NCBI RefSeq assembly: GCF_004010195.1
Contig: NC_057719.1
Location: 2,553,504 to 2,594,149, forward strand
Length of the DNA stretch: 40,646 nt
Reading direction: 5' to 3'
Source of the DNA: Chiloscyllium plagiosum
Lineage: Eukaryota
Positions 1 to 12,069 of this stretch are shown here, one piece after another. A model generated the notes under the pieces. The model was not told where the DNA came from. It saw only the letters and a program-made list of their open reading frames with translations, and did not search any database. Every line of letters starts with the position of its first letter. Positions within the stretch are counted from its first letter, which is position 1. Both the position numbers and the translations under genes were made by a program.

Positions 1-241
1 CCTTCTAAACTTTCTTGGCAAATTTGAGAATCATCTTCAGACCCCAGAACTTCTGGCAATTTTCAGAGTCATTTCTATCATTTTTAATTTAGTCAACCAC
101 AAGTCACCAAAAGTAAACAAATTGCCTCACCTGGGGTTTATTTAAAGATCTAGGACACTAACCTGCAAATGCTCAAATCTGCTGGGCTTTTTCATATCCC
201 CAAATCTATTCAAATCTGTCTAAACCTGTTCAAATCTCAAT

Positions 242-253
242 GACAAGCCCCTA
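242..253 (-). promoter_or_regulatory. Degenerate tRNA-Pro primer binding site
   Basis: TAGGGGCTTGTC matches canonical PBS-Pro TGGGGGCTCGTC at 10/12 and lies directly after the LTR end. Confidence 0.6.
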
Positions 254-256
254 AAC

Positions 257-938
257 TGTACAACATGGGATAAACCCTCCTGCTCAATTTAAAACCAGCA
301 ACACAGAAAAGATTTATCCCGTGCAGTAATCTGTAAAGATTTGAGTGGCCAAGAACTATTTAAAATAAAAATTAACAACTTTATTTCTTAAAGTATAATA
401 GAGAATAGTTAACTCACAACTACTTACACATCCTTAATCTAACCTATATTTACCTTCCCTTCTATAATACTAGTCCAATAAAACACCCAATTAAGATTTA
501 CAGGAAAATTCAAATTTTAAAACCAGCCAGCAGTCGAATCTTCGTCGGTAGATTGGCTCTCCAGGTCTGTGTTGAGGTTTTTCTCGGTGCAAACTCCTTC
601 TTGAGACAGGTACCTCTCAGAGAATTCTGACTAGCAGTCTACAGCTGTTGGTCTGATGGCAGTTCTCCTCCCAATTGTTCAATTTTCCCCAGACTTATAC
701 CCAAAGCATTATATCATTGGCTTTTAATACTCAATTCAAACTCAATTGGAATTTGGTATTTTTCAGAGTATAGTTTAAACTAATTGGCCTAATTTGAACC
801 TGCTTTGTCATTTCCAGGCAACCAGCTACCCCAGTAGCTGGAGCACATGTTACATTGTGTCTTATTGAGAACACTTGGTGCTGTCACTGCTAGGCTTTTA
901 CTCTCTTAAAGGTACAGTACACCCACATCTTCATAACA
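257..938 (-). mobile_element. 5' LTR of a Gypsy-type LTR retrotransposon whose internal region runs off the left edge of the window
   Basis: Minus strand begins TGTTATG (938) and ends TGTACA (257), giving TG...CA termini. AATAAA on minus at 380-385. Followed within 3 nt by a tRNA-Pro-like PBS. A possible frameshifted gag start (ATG ACT CTG AAA ATT GCC) lies at 72. Confidence 0.65.
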
Positions 939-1084
939 GAAGTAGGTTGCAAGTAGGACAAGTGAGTGACCAAGACTTTGGCCAATGTACGATGGGAGAA
1001 TATGAACATACAGCTGGAAAAATAGAAAAGCAGCGTATTATATGAAAGCATGGAGATCATAAAACTTTGAGTTACAGATGTATG

Positions 1085-1150
1085 CAGCAAGTGACTAAGA
1101 AAGCAAATGGGATGTTGTCATGTATTACAAGGGGAACAGAATATAGAAAA
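1085..1150 (+). mobile_element. Old CR1 LINE RT C-terminal fragment
   Basis: Translates KKANGMLSCITRGTEYR, matching the CR1 motif KKAxGMLxFIxRGIEY seen in other copies in this window. Confidence 0.7.
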
Positions 1151-1159
1151 CATGTTTAA

Positions 1160-1592
1160 ATTTGCACCAACCTTCCGAAGAGCATCCCATCCATATAAAA
1201 CCCTATCCTCATAACCCCATATTTCCCATGGCTAACCTCCTAACCTGCACGTCCCTGGACTCCATGAGCAATGTAGCACAGCGAACCGACCCTAACCTAC
1301 ACAATCTTTGGTAGGTCACTCAAAGGTCATGTGACACCAGGTTATTGTCCAACAGATTTATTTCAAATCAGCTCTCTGAAGGCTTGTGATTTCAAATAAA
1401 CCTGTTGGACTATAACTTGGTGTTGTGTGACTTCCAACTTTGTCCACCCCAGTCCAACACCAGCACCTCCAAACCCATGTAGATGCAGGGAGAAAATGCA
1501 AACTCCAGACAGACAGTCACCCAAGGTTGGAATTGAACCCTGGTCCCTTGCACTGTATGGCAACAGTGCTAACCACTGAACCACTGTGCCAC
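1160..1592 (-). mobile_element. HE1-type V-SINE, degraded and interrupted by a hairpin element
   Basis: tRNA-like head with A/B boxes at about 1530-1590 and V-domain similarity to the intact copy at 34975-35292. Confidence 0.8.
1333..1472. mobile_element. Fold-back PLE terminal-repeat insertion (family B)
   Basis: Inverted arms (ACACCAGGTTATTGTCCAACAG / CTGTTGGACTATAACTTGGTGT). Same family as 22376-22572. Confidence 0.7.
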
Positions 1593-1659
1593 ACTATGCC
1601 TACAAGGTCAGCCTGAGCAACTTATCCTCATAAGAAAATCTGACCATTCAATGAATCAG

Positions 1660-1765
1660 GTGAAAGTGGGTACTGCAGATGCTGGAGATTAGAGTCAAGA
1701 TTAGAGTAGTGCTGGAAAAGCACAGCAGGTCAAGCAGCATCCAGGGAGCAGGAAAATCAACATTT
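1660..1765 (-). mobile_element. PLE terminal-repeat fragment (family A)
   Basis: CTGCAGATGCTGGAGAT...GCTGGAAAAGCACAGCAGGTC, shared with the repeats attached to GIY-YIG ORFs at 4305 and 27795. Confidence 0.8.
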
Positions 1766-1789
1766 CATTAGCCTGTTAAACAGAACAGA

Positions 1790-2860
1790 GCATTTAGAGC
1801 CACATTGTATGATGAAACAGAGTCAGTGGCTTCACAGAGGAGAAAGCATAACTTACAAATTTATTAGAATTCTTTGAGGAGGAAACTGCTGGACAGATAA
1901 AGTGGAAACAGTGGATGAAATATATTTGGATTTCCAGAAGTTGTTTGATGAGTTAACACATATTAGGTTGCTTTATAAGGCCCCGTTAGGTTACAGATGG
2001 CAATACTATGCACAGTCCTTCAGATGTGGTCACACCAATGTCCTATACAACTCCTATAACCTCCCTTCTTTTGAATTTAATTCCCCTCATGATCAATATT
2101 AACTTTCATTTAACTTTCCTAATTACTTGCTGTATCTATGTACTTGCTGTTTGTAAGGTGCTGGTATATTAATTAAACAAGTACAGGCCAATGATCTGGG
2201 AACATAGTTTTGAATCTCACCATGCAGGTGGTGAAATTTGAATTCAATAAAAGTCAGAACTGAAGTCCTAGCCCAACGACAAATTTGTAACCATTGTCAT
2301 CAAAACCCATCTGCTTCACTAATGTCCTCTCGGAAAAGCAATCTCTGCTGGCCTTCCCTCTTTGTGATTCCAGACCCACTGCACTAGGTTGACTCTTAAC
2401 AGTAAAAGCTGCTTAGTCAAAGACTCACACATTCCATAAACAAATATTTTTTTAAAAATGCATGTGGACAGCCACACTTCAGAGTTCCACAATCTCTCGC
2501 CATTTAGATAATTTCCTGTTTGTAAAATTCTTCCTGCCAAAATAAACAATCTACATTTTCCCACATTACGCTCCATTTGTGCATTTACTAAACCTGTCCA
2601 TATCCACCTTAGGTCCCCCTCACAGCTTATTTCTTATCTACCATTGAATCATCAGTAAATTTAACAATTTAACTATATCTTCGGTCCCTTCATTCAAATA
2701 ACTTACATAAATTGTAAAAAGGTTGAGGTCCCAGCACTAATCCCTGAGGTACACAACATGCATTGAGTCCAAAAAGACCCTTTCTCATGATCACGTTTTG
2801 CTTTACGTTAGCCAGCCAGTCTCCTATCTGTACAACATGTTACCTCCTGTACCATGAGGC
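1790..2860. mobile_element. Highly degraded CR1 RT fragments on both strands
   Basis: Plus strand: VDEIYLDFQKLFDELTHIRLLYK (resembles VDVIYLDFQKAFDKVPH). Minus strand: MERNVGKC (resembles MEFNVGKC). Confidence 0.7.
2160..2405 (+). mobile_element. Degraded tRNA-derived SINE, not HE1 type
   Basis: B-box-like GTTTTGAATCTCACC. Body ends CAGACCCAC...GTTGACTCTTAAC, which recurs at about 29910-29945 ahead of a LINE-type tail. Confidence 0.5.
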
Positions 2861-2883
2861 TCTTACAGGGTTTTTATTGGTTA

Positions 2884-3110
2884 GAAACACGGCTGTGCAA
2901 GCATTTATTGCTTATCCTTGATGCTTTTGAGAAGGTGATGGTGAGCTGCTTTCTTAATCTGCGACAATCATTTCTTCAATATGCTGATAATGTTTTTAGC
3001 AAGGGAGTTTCTGTATTTTGACTCAGCAGCAGTTCAGAGGCAGTGATACATAATTCTAAACCAGATGGTGAGAAGTTTGAGAAGAACTTGTGTGTGACGG
3101 CATTCCCAAT
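2884..3110 (-). mobile_element. Old CR1/L2-clade LINE 3' end
   Basis: Reverse complement resembles 31590-31650 (AAGAAGGCAGCTCACC...GCAATAAATG). Confidence 0.55.
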
Positions 3111-3450
3111 AACCTCGCACATAGCTTTCATCTATAACACATTCCTTTCTCAAAGAACACCAATACATTGCGTAGGTGTGGAGCAGAAACTTCCCCACCC
3201 TGATGTGAAGCCAGCAATGGTGAGAAAAGTGAAAATCTTAGTGAAAATGATAACATCAGATTCTTGGCAATGAGATTAAATCCCAGCTCTCCCTCTAAAG
3301 CTTTAAATGGGGACGTTTTGAATCTCACTTTTGAGCAGTAAACAATGTACTCCCTACTTTGTTTATCTTTGAGTACAAACTTCCAGAGTAATGAATACGA
3401 CAACCCAATTTTCAGAGGCTATTCCTTGAAGGACGTACAGCTAAGGTAAG

Positions 3451-3675
3451 TGAAGTAACTCTACAGAGGTCAATATCCTATCAGCAAGACACCCCTTATT
3501 TCCTCATGAACAGTCCTTGACTTTAGAACTACCTCATTCAGAGCCAGCTCCCAGAGTGAACACTCCTGTTTATACCTGTCAGCCAGGGCTCCTTGATTGG
3601 ACCAGATTAGCAGCCCCAATCAGGGAACTCATTTTCTATGAGGTTCAGCTGGCTGACCCTGGTATAGTCATTAAC
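3451..3675 (-). repeat. 3' LTR of the Gypsy element
   Basis: Preceded on minus by polypurine tract AGAGAGGGAGGG (3676-3687) and ends ...GAGTTACTTCA. Left boundary is approximate. Confidence 0.55.
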
Positions 3676-4304
3676 CCCTCCCTCTCTGAGTCCGAGAACA
3701 TAGGTCAGTCCTTTTTCTTGGGGTGTTTTAGTACTGACTCAGGTTCCTCTGACTCAGCACCCAAAGACGACAGCATGAATGCATGGGAGCTTGTCTCTTG
3801 CACAGGGAGTGCCTCGGTAAAATTTCACTCACCTTCCAGTGAGCAAAGTCATCGAGGCAATTATATCCATCATGTCCATCTCCGATTCTGAGGACTCACC
3901 AATTCTTGTTAGAGAGGGTGAGTTTATGGGTTCCTGCAGCCTTTCCAATTATTCCAAGGAACAGGGTACGTTCTTCGAGTTTCATATAGTCCATGTGCTT
4001 AATCAGGACCGTTGCACTTACCTGAACTTTGTATGTCACTGGTCCTGATCTTGCGTCGACCAGGCATCTTACCCATGCAGGGCCATTGCCACGATTCTTA
4101 GATCAAACATTGTCCGCTAAATCAGACTGTCTCTCTTGCTTGGTAGAGTCTTGTGTCTGGCACTGGTGTTTCTGATACCCTTTCACTCTCTCCACTCCCA
4201 GGACCAGAAAGATCAGACTTCACCTGGTGCTTGCACCCATCAGCTGGTGCTATCCCAGCATGTGGGATTGTCTTATAATCAAATAAAACCATCACAGTTT
4301 GTTG

Positions 4305-4749
4305 AAACTGTGTTGCTGGAAAAGTGCAGCAGGTCAGGCAGCATCCAAGGAGCAGGAGAATCGACGTTTCGGGCATGAGCCCTTCTTCAGGAATGAGGAA
4401 AGTGTGTCCAGCAGGCTAAGATAAAAGGTAGGGAGGAGGGACTTGGNNNNNNNNNNNNNNNNNNNNNNNNNNNNNNNNNNNNNNNNNNNNNNNNNNNNNN
4501 NACCCAATATAGAGGAGGCCACATTGGGTGCAGCGGATGCAGTAAATGATGTGTGTGGAGGTGCAAGTGAATTTGTGGCAGATATGGAAGGATCCATTGG
4601 GGCCTTGGAGGGAAGTAAGGGGGGAGGTGTGGGCGCAAGTTTTGCATTTCTTGCGGTTGCAGGGGAAGGTTGTCCTGAGCTGGGGTAGGTCTAATTGCAG
4701 GGAATGTAGGTAGCAGCGCATGGCTGCAAGTGTGGAGCGAAGTGTGGAG
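4305..4749 (-). mobile_element. 5'-truncated Penelope-like element (GIY-YIG fragment plus terminal repeat)
   Basis: CNRKKCKTC zinc knuckle and HIIYCIRCTQCGLLYIG. 15-bp TSD CATCACAGTTTGTTG at 4290-4304 and 4750-4764. Confidence 0.92.
4360..4394 (-). ncRNA. Minimal hammerhead ribozyme motif (family A)
   Basis: ATTC-CTGAAGA-A-GGGC-TCAT-GCCC-GAAA-CGT-C-GAT: intact core, stem II and palindromic ACGT stem III. Confidence 0.65.
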
Positions 4750-6058
4750 CATCACAGTTTGTTGTCTAGCAAGGCTGTAGGGTGTTTCTTCAAGTTAGCA
4801 TTCAAAGTTTAGATTGTTCTTTCTGTCAGACCATTGGATGATGCATGGAGATGTCCTTATATGTCAAATCCCATTCGACTTTAGTCAATACTCAAACTCC
4901 CTGATGGTAAACGATGGCCTGTTATCTGTGACCAACACTTCCAGCATGCTGGATTGAAAAAGATGTGTGCACTTTTTAAAGGACCAGTTAATTACAGTGC
5001 TGGACAGGCACATTCCTGTGAAAATGAAGGACAGGAATGGCTGGATTCAAGAACCTTGATGACAGGGGAAATTATCAGGTTAGTCAGAAAAAAAGAACCT
5101 CATTCCTAAGATCTAGGCTATTAAAACCAGACAAAATCCTTGAATGGAGAGAAAGTAGGAGGAGCTTAAATTGGGAATTAGGAAGGCTAAAAGGAGCCAC
5201 GAAATGTCCTTAGCCAGCAGGGTTAAAGAGAATCTCAAGTCATTTTATATGTATATTAGGAGCAAGAGGGTAGCTAGGATAGGGTAAACCTGCGCAAAGA
5301 TAACAGAAGGAGTTATGTGTAGAGCCACAGGAAATGGACGAGATCCTTAATAAGTATTTTACATTGGTATTCACCAAAGAGAGGGACATGGAGGATGTTG
5401 AGGTGAGGGAAATGTGTGTGAATACACTTGGGCAGGTCACCATAATGAAGGAGGGAGTGTTGGGTGTCTTGAAATACATTAAGGTAGACAAGTCTCCAGG
5501 GCCAGGCGGCATCTATTCCAGGATACTGTGGAAGGCAAGGGAGGAAATAGCTGGGGACTTAACCAATATTTTTGCATCCACTTTGGCCTCACGTGAGGTT
5601 CCACAGGACTGGAGAATGGTCAACGCTGTTCCTTTGTTTAAAAAGGGAAACAGAGATTATCCAGGAAAGTACAGGCCAATGAGCCTGATGTCAGTGGTGG
5701 GAAGCCCTTGGGCTGACAGACAGGATTTATTCACATTTGGAAGCAAAAGGACTTGTTAATGATGGCAGCATAGGTTTGTTCTGGGAAGGTCACGCCTGAC
5801 CAATCTGATTGATAAGGGAAGGACAGTGGATGTTGTCTACATGGACTTTAGTAAGACATTTAATAAGGTACCTCAAGGCAGGCAGGTATAGAAGGGAGGG
5901 TTTCATGGGATCTCGGGTGTGCTGGTTGGGTGGACACAAAACTGACTTGGTCACAGCAGATAGAGAGTAGCAGTGGAAGGATACTTTTTAGAATGGAGAT
6001 CAGTAGCTCGTGCTGTTCTTCAGGGATCAGTGCTGGGACCATTGTTGTTTGTCATACG

Positions 6059-6200
6059 TTGTGTGTGTGTGTGTGTGTGTGTGGGTGTGTAAGTGTGTGT
6101 GAGTGTGTGTGTGTGTATGTGTGTGTGTGTGTAAGTGTGTGTGTGAGTGTGTGCGTGTGTGTGTGAGTATGTGTGTGTGAGTGCGTGAGTGTGTGTGTGT
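6059..6200. repeat. Imperfect (TG)n microsatellite
   Basis: About 140 bp of TG with A interruptions, located inside the CR1 LFVI-YINDL motif. Confidence 0.95.
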
Positions 6201-6511
6201 ATTTATATAAATGATCTGGTGGAAAATGTAGGTGGTCTGATTAGTGAGTTTGCAGATGACATCAAAATTGGCAGAGTTGCAGATAGTGAGGAGGATTGTC
6301 AAAGGATACAGCAGGATATATTTAGGCTGCAGACTTGGGCAGAGAAATGGCAGATTCTGGAAGATCAAATTCAGGTGTGAATTACACAATAAATAGCAGA
6401 ACCTTTCAGGGCATTGACATACAGAAGGATCTGGGTGTACAGGTCCACAGATCACTGAAAGTAGCAGCACAGGTGGGTATCGTGGTCAAGAAGGCATACC
6501 GCACACTTCCT

Positions 6512-6607
6512 TCATGATGAAGAGTTCCTGCCCAAAACGTCGATTTTCCTGCTCCTCGGATGCTGCCTAACCTGCTGTGCTTTTCCAGCACCACACTATT
6601 CTTGACA
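6512..6607 (+). mobile_element. PLE terminal-repeat fragment (family A) with degenerate hammerhead core
   Basis: ATGATGAAGAGTTCCTGCCCAAAACGTCGATT followed by the family A body. Confidence 0.8.
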
Positions 6608-7671
6608 TTTCATTCATTGACGAGGCCATCAAATATGAAAGTCGGTAAGTTATGCTACAGCTGTGTAAAACTTTAGTTTGGTCACACATTTGGAATATTG
6701 TATGCACTTCTGGTAGCCACACTACCAGAAGGACATGGATGCTTTGGAGAGAATGCAGAGCAGGTTTACCAGGATGTCATCTGTCTGCAGGGTTTTAGCT
6801 AAGAAGAGAGATTGGATAAACTTGGATTGCTTTCAATGGAAAGATGAAGGCTGAGGTGTGACCTTATGGAGGTCTACAAAATTATGAGGGACATAGATAG
6901 GATGGATAGTAAAAGCTTTTTCCAGGGTGGAAAGGGCAACCACAAGAGGTGAGAGGGGGAAAGTTTAGGGGGCGAGTGGGGTGAAATGTTTTCACCCAGA
7001 AGGTGGTGGGTGCCTGGAACATATGCCAGTGGAGGTAGTGGAAGCAGGCAATTAGCAATGTTAAAGGAATATCTTGATAGACTCACAAATGGTAAGTGAA
7101 CAGATTTTAGAAACCTTGTGTGGGTAATAAGTAGTGGGTCTAAATAAGGATTAGAAATTAGTGCAGACTTGATGGGCCGAAAGGCCTGTTCCTTTGCTGT
7201 ATTGTATTGTGTAGTTTTCTGTTGCCATCCCCATGTTTGACTGCATGCACGTCCAGCACCTTGAGTGGACCTCTACAATGCCTAAGAACATTGAACGCAT
7301 GAAAGGACCTGCATAGTTGACAAGCAGCTGAATCCAAACTTTACCCAACCATTTCCATGGGAGCCGCTGGCGGTAATTTTTGTAGTTGTTGGCACTCTGG
7401 GCACTGGCCCACCAATGCGGCTATAACATATGGCCACCAGAGATAACGTCTCACCAACATCTTCATTTTGTAGACCCCTGGGTGGCCCTGGTGGGGTTCA
7501 GCCAGCATCCAGCGACCTTTGCAGGGGGACAATCACTCCTGCTACCCATAACAATACACCATCGTTTACTGTGATCTTGTCTGTCTGAGTCTAAAAAGGT
7601 TTCAGTTCTGGTTGTGATGGCCCTTTGATTTCCCCTATCACCACCCCCGTCATAGCTCCTTGAAATTGGAG

Positions 7672-8138
7672 TCACAGGTTGATAGGACAGTGAAGAAGGC
7701 ATTTGATATGCTTTCCTTTCTTGGTCAGAGTATTGAGTACAGGAGTTGGGAGGTCATGTTGCGGCTGTACAAGCAGAAGACAACAGCTTCGCTTCACTTG
7801 GAGGTTGCCACTGATGTTACATAGCTAGGTAATGAAACGTTTGGATATCAAACCTACAGCTCTGTGAGCAAAGCTACACCCTATATAAAAGAGATCTAAG
7901 GGGCAACTTTTTCACACAGAGGGTGGTACGTGTATGGAATGAGCTGCCAGAGGATGTGGTGGAGGCTGGTACAATTGCAACATTTAAAAGGCATTTGGAT
8001 GGGTATATGAATTGGAAGGGTTTGGAGGGATATGGGCCGGGTGCTGGCTGGTGGGACTAGATTGGGTTGGGATATCTGGTCGGCATGGACGGGTTGGACC
8101 GAAGGGTCTGTTTCCATGCTGTACATCTCTATGACTCT
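7672..8138 (+). mobile_element. CR1 3' fragments with a family C terminal-repeat piece (7773-7883) between them
   Basis: QVDRTVKKAF and WNELPE motifs, CTATGACTCT tail. Middle piece is homologous to 18170-18260. Confidence 0.85.
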
Positions 8139-9511
8139 CTGACCACCTGCTGTTCCAGATTTGCCAGGACCAGATCTTTCTGCCTGTGACTGGAGCATAT
8201 CCGTAAAATGTAAAACCATTCTTCCACGGGGGTACCACTGAGAGGTGGCTCAATGCACCTGCATTCACTACTCAGCCTGCTGGACGGTGTTCTAACTTGC
8301 AATGATGAGCACTTTGCATTAGAACCCATCACCGAAATGTGGCCTGAAGCTATGGGTGACAGGGCCTTGGCCTCTTGAAGGAAATCCAGCTGGGGTTTGT
8401 GATCTGTGATTATCATGAATTTTCATCTGTGAAGGTATTGGTGGAACCTCCTGAAATATAACCACCAAACCTTCCTTCTTTAGCTGAGTGCATTTACACT
8501 CTGCATTACCTAGAGTCCTGGATGCATTACCTATTGGGCCTCTCTCTGCACTGGGCCACCTCATACCACCCTGATGCTGTAAGGGAATGCAGCACATGCC
8601 AATACCAGAGCTTTCTGGATGATCACTGGCTGTTCACTTCCCTGGAGGCTATGTCTTAGCTACATGACCATTTCCAAGGCTGACCCTTCTTTTAAGAGTT
8701 GATGACAAGGTGCCAGGATGGAGGCCAGATTATATACGAACGTTCCATAATAATTCACCAGACCATGGGAAGGCCTAAGCTCTAGTATAGAAGGGGGAGC
8801 CGGGGCAGCTTTGATCATTCTCACTTTATCTTCCAACAGGTTTAACCCAGTCATGTCAACTTTGCCGCCCAGGTAGGTCACTTGGGGTGCATGAAACATA
8901 CACCTTTCCTTTCTAAGGCGTATGCCATCTTGGAAAATTGCCTTAGGACTACATCAGAGTTCTTTATGTGTTCCTTATTAGTTTTCCCTGTCATTAGAAT
9001 GTTTTCCAGGTAAATGGTGACCTGGGAAGAAATATAAAATATCCTTCATCATCTGCTGAAAAATGGCACAGGCTGACTATACCCTAAATGGCAGTCTCAT
9101 ATATTGGTCCAAACCTTTATGGGTATTAACTGTAGCATACTCCTGGGAATCCTCATCTAACCGCAGTTGCAAATACACATGGCTTATATCCAGTTCCCTG
9201 AAGGACAGGCCCCTGCCAGCTCTGGGTGTAAATCCTCAATGAGAGGGATTGGGTATTTATCCAGCTGTGAAAAGTGGTTTACCATTTGTTTAAAATCTCC
9301 ATAAAGGTACACCGACCTGTAGGGCTTCACAATCAGTGAGACCGGGGCAGCCCATTCCATAAACTAGACAGGTTTGATGATTCTTTAACTCCTCCTGATT
9401 TCTGCCTCTACTTTTGTTCTCAAAGTAAATGGCCACTGGGCAGGCCTTGCAGTATCATGGAATTACTTTCTGGTCAACATTTAAGGTGGCCTTGGCTGCT
9501 TTGTTAGCCCT

Positions 9512-10428
9512 CAAGGAGAAAGTGAGGACTGCAGATGCTGGAGATCAGAGCTGAAAATGTGTTGCTGGAAAAGCGCAGCAGGTCAGGCAGCTTCCAAGGA
9601 ACAGGAGAATCGATGTTTCAGGCATAGGCCCTTCTTCAGGAATGAGGAAAGTGTGTCCAGCAGGCTAAGATAAAAGATAGGGAGGAGGGACTTGGGGGAA
9701 GGGTGTTGGAAATGCGATAGGTNNNNNNNNNNNNNNNNNNNNNNNNNNNNNNNNNNNNNNNNNNNNNNNNNNNNNNNNNNNNNNNNNNNNNNNNNNNNNN
9801 NNNNNNNNNNNNNNNNNNNNNNNNNNNNNNNNNNNNNNNNNNNNNNNNNNNNNNNNNNNNNNNNNNNNNNNNNNNNNNNNNNNNNNNNNNNNNNNNNNNN
9901 NNNNNNNNNNNNNNNNNNNNNNNNNNNNNNNNNNNNNNNNNNNNNNNNNNNNNNNNNNNNNNNNNNNNNNNNNNNNNNNNNNNNNNNNNNNNNNNNNNNN
10001 NNNNNNNNNNNNNNNNNNNNNNNNNNNNNNNNNNNNNNNNNNNNNNNNNNNNNNNNNNNNNNNNNNNNNNNNNNNNNNNNNNNNNNNNNNNNNNNNNNNN
10101 NNNNNNNNNNNNNNNNNNNNNNNNNNNNNNNNNNNNNNNNNNNNNNNNNNNNNNNNNNNNNNNNNNNNNNNNNNNNNNNNNNNNNNNNNNNNNNNNAGCA
10201 CCGCCTTCCTAACCTGCAATCTTCTTCCTGACCTCTCCGCCCCCACCCCACTCCGGCCTATCACCCTCACCTTGACCTCCCTCCACCTATCGCATTTCCA
10301 ACGCCCCTCTCCCAAGTCCCTCCTCCCTACCTTTTATCTTAGCCTGCTGGACACACTTTCCTCATTCCTGAAGAAGGGCTTATGCCCGAAACGTCGGTTC
10401 TCCTATTCCTTGGATGCTGCCTGACCTG
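9512..10428. mobile_element. PLE insertion with inverted terminal repeats around an assembly gap
   Basis: 9585-9722 is the reverse complement of about 10285-10428. Flanked by TSD-like TGCTTTGTTAG(T)CCCT at about 9497-9511 and 10427-10442. Confidence 0.88.
10364..10398 (+). ncRNA. Minimal hammerhead ribozyme motif (family A)
   Basis: ATTC-CTGAAGA-A-GGGC-TTAT-GCCC-GAAA-CGT-C-GGT. Confidence 0.65.
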
Positions 10429-10807
10429 CTTTGTTAGTCCCTTGACCTTCCTTGAAGGCTTCCAGGTATTCAATTAGAACTTCACTCAGGCAGCCATTTT
10501 CTAATTGAAAAATGTTGAGCCAATTTCATTAAACTTCCTGCAACCAATGTCCCCCCCAGCAAGGTTAGGCCCGAGCCTTTTACTGCAATCTGTGGTAACT
10601 GAACCAGCTGCTTTTCAGAAGAGACTGGAACCAAAGTTCTCCCCTTAATCTGTAAAGGTTCCCCAGTATAGGTTCTCAGCCTGGCCAAGTTCTTGGCCAA
10701 ACTAGGGGTTAGAGTCCAGAGTGAATTTTAATAAAGACTGTTCCTGTGATCACTGAAATGGCTGCACTGGTATTGACCTCCATTAGAACTGGGTGACCAT
10801 TTAACCA

Positions 10808-11455
10808 TTTCCTTAAATGCTCTGGGACATAGATTATCAGGTCCTTAGGATTTATTAACCTTCATTCCCATCAATGTCTCCAACACCATTTCTCAATTAA
10901 ATACTGATTTACTTCAGTTCCTCCCTCACACTAAACCCTGACCCCTGCATCTGGAATATTATTTCCGTCCCCCTTTATGAAGACTGACATAATTTCTCTG
11001 CTCCTCATTTCAAACTTCCCTAATTTTGACTGTTTTAGGGAATCACATTCATTCTCACTAATCTTATTCTCGCTACACAGCGAAGGAACTTTTCCAATCA
11101 ATTCTTATGTTCCCTGCAAGCTTACTTTCGTCCTCCATCTCCTCCCTCTTAATCAATCCCTCGGTCCTCCTTTGATGACTTCTGAATTATTTCCCATACT
11201 TAGGCCTATTGCTTTTTCTTACCAATTTGTGTGCTACGTTTTTTGCATTGAATACTATCTCTAACTTCCATCATAAACCATGGCTTGGCCACTGTTCTCT
11301 TTGCACTTTTGCACAAGGCAGGAATGAACAACTTTTGTGATTCACCCATTCGCACCTTGAATGTTCCCATTGCCTCTCCACTGTCATTCCTTTCAGTAAC
11401 ATTTCTCAATCCATTACAGCCACCTCACACCTCATGCCATCGTAATTTCCCTTAT
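10808..11455 (-). mobile_element. Old CR1 ORF2 linker fragment
   Basis: Minus strand reads KVNKS*GPDNLCPRAFKE (resembles KSPGPDxIxPRxLKE). Confidence 0.65.
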
Positions 11456-12069
11456 TACGTTTCGAAGAACAATACAGCACAGGAACAGGCCCTTCGGCCC
11501 TCCAAGCCTGCACTGACACATTTTGCCCTTCTATACCATAACTGTCTTGACTTACAGGATCCGTATCCCTCTATTTGCCTCCTGTTCATGTATCCGACCA
11601 GGTGCTTCTTGATTGCTGCTATTGTGTCTGCTTCCACCACCTCCTCAGGCAGCGTGTTCCAGGCACTCCCCACCCTTTGTGTGAAAAACCTGCCTCGCAC
11701 CCTTTTGTGTGAAAAACCTGCCTCGCACATCTCTTTTAAGCTCCCCCACCCTTCCTGCATTTTGAATCTGTGTCCCCTACTAATTGACCCTTCCACCCTG
11801 GGGAAAAAGCCTCATGCTTTTCACTCTATCAATACCATTCACAATCTTATAAATCTCTATCAGGTCAGGTCACCCCTCAACCTCCTGCATTCCAGTGAAA
11901 ACAAACCCAATCTATCCAACCTTTCTTCATTGCTTAAATCCCCCATATCAAGCAACATCCTGATAAACTTTCTTTGTACCTTCTCCAAAGCATTCGCATC
12001 CTTCTAGCAGTGTGCTGACCAGAACAATACACAATGTCCCAAGTGTGGCCTAACTAAAGTTCTGTAAAG

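Larger units (their letters stand above)
4978..7213 (+). mobile_element. CR1 LINE (ORF2 linker, RT, 3' UTR), decayed, inserted in the Gypsy integrase
   Basis: DKSPGPGG, VPQDWRMVNAVPLFKKG, YRPMSL, YINDL, FADDIKIG motifs and a CR1 3' UTR. Confidence 0.92.
3451..10807 (-). mobile_element. Decayed Gypsy LTR retrotransposon (PR-RT-RNaseH-IN, PPT, 3' LTR), split by nested insertions
   Basis: Protease LNGHPVLMEVNTSAAISVI (~10750-10805, DTGA decayed). RT/RNaseH VTYLG...GLVNYY (8660-8899). Integrase zinc finger HQGHPG...YLWWP...CPECQ (7341-7532). Integrase core EVLVTDNRPSF (~4910-4945). Domain order is Gypsy type. Many stops and frameshifts. Confidence 0.9.

Noticed and set aside
5930..6470. ORFs rich in CV or HT repeats
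   Set aside because: They are translations of the (TG)n microsatellite.
11673..11727. 27-28 bp tandem duplication
   Set aside because: Ordinary local slippage within a dead CR1.
11285..12007. 240-aa plus-strand ORF
   Set aside because: It is antisense to a CR1 3' region and has no recognisable domain.
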